Source: Nitrospiria bacterium (GTDB lineage: Bacteria; Nitrospirota; UBA9217). Taken from it: a stretch of 64,000 nt of DNA. The notes beneath the pieces were generated by a model, which worked only from the letters and a program-made list of their open reading frames with translations, made no database searches and was not told the DNA's origin. Position 1 is the stretch's first letter. Each line of letters starts with the position of its first letter. Positions 63,767-64,000 of the stretch are shown piece by piece. The stretch covers positions 278 to 64,277 of the forward strand of contig CAKKPG010000055.1 of NCBI GenBank assembly GCA_919901555.1, read 5' to 3'. The translations under genes were made by a program, and so were the position numbers.

Positions 63767-64000
63767 TTACGCTCCCCTGGCCATCTCCTTGAGCCTCTTT
63801 ACCCGCTCAGCGATGGGCGGATGGGTGCTGAAGAGCGTCATGAGGCCGCCGCCGGACAGCGGGTTCACGATGAACATGTGGGCCGTTGCCGGGTTCGGGT
63901 CCTGCATGGGAATGAGCTGGGAGCCCTTCTCGAGCTTCAGCAGCGCGTTCGCCAGGCCGTAGGGATTTCCCGCCAGCCGTGCGCCACTCGCGTCGGCCTC
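63767..64000 (-). CDS. htpX: 3' end of M48 protease HtpX (5' part lies beyond the right edge)
   Basis: The reverse translation reads [27 protein letters not shown]...[29 protein letters not shown], the typical HtpX C-terminus. Stop at 63767-63769. Confidence 0.8.
   Translation of the reverse strand, partial: EADASGARLAGNPYGLANALLKLEKGSQLIPMQDPNPATAHMFIVNPLSGGGLMTLFSTHPPIAERVKRLKEMARGA

Noticed and set aside
1-64000. CRISPR arrays, transposases, integrases, toxin-antitoxin pairs and recognisable defence systems
   Set aside because: I found no regularly spaced 25-40-bp direct repeats with unique spacers. No ORF shows transposase, integrase, nuclease-NTPase or toxin-antitoxin hallmarks. The only dispersed repeats are the 60-bp hairpin element, the 254-bp module and the short motifs reported above.

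Overview
This 64-kb window comes from a GC-rich, diderm (Gram-negative-type) bacterial chromosome and is densely coding. All product calls rest on motif recognition by eye; no similarity search was run.

Gene content, left to right:
- 1-6.8 kb: an accessory-looking run of seven same-strand secreted or lipoprotein genes. They include a delta-60-repeat lipoprotein, a CARDB-like protein and a beta-helix lipoprotein. The run is interspersed with a duplicated ~250-bp intergenic module.
- 7-10.3 kb: an archaeal/eukaryal-type pheS-pheT pair.
- 10.5-16.4 kb: a regulatory cassette of multi-PAS histidine kinase, NtrC-type sigma54 activator, a textbook sigma54 promoter, a CheY-like receiver, a small Cys-rich protein and an RpoS-like sigma factor.
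- 16.4-18.1 kb: fdhD and an outer-membrane barrel protein.
- 18.2-26.4 kb: an Rrf2 regulator followed by a complete cbb3 oxidase locus (ccoNOQP, ccoG, ccoI, ccoS, DsbD_2-like membrane protein).
- 26.5-31.7 kb: TetR, a TolC-like protein and an RND pump, with no adaptor gene.
- 31.8-50.3 kb: galE and a long minus-strand envelope block. It holds an OMP, vanZ-like, plsY, pgsA, an lpxL-like gene, kdsC, kdsD, kdsA, pyrG, kdsB, UDP-xylose synthase, ugd, rfbBDCA, heptose kinase, DUF3108 and a heptosyltransferase.
- 50.5-53.8 kb: a ferredoxin, tRNA-Leu(UAA), two tandem paralogous lipoproteins and accA.
- 53.9-64 kb: Roadblock/LC7, a dgkA-PAP2 fusion, ybeY, a PgpH-like HD protein, phoH, cobO, SOD, lipA, lon, hsp20 and the 3' end of htpX.

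No CRISPR array, transposase, integrase or rRNA was seen.

Observations I consider most worth following up:
1. A 60-bp double-hairpin dispersed repeat occurs in three copies, and one copy lies in-frame inside the ccoI P-type ATPase gene.
2. A duplicated ~380-bp segment (the last delta-60 unit plus a 250-bp module) lies in direct orientation. Its 3' half shows a codon-like substitution pattern for a 34-aa ORF, and it ends in a leader box shared by three secreted-protein genes.
3. A kinase, sigma54-activator and RpoS-like sigma cascade is driven from an almost leaderless sigma54 promoter.
4. The phenylalanyl-tRNA synthetase is of the archaeal type.
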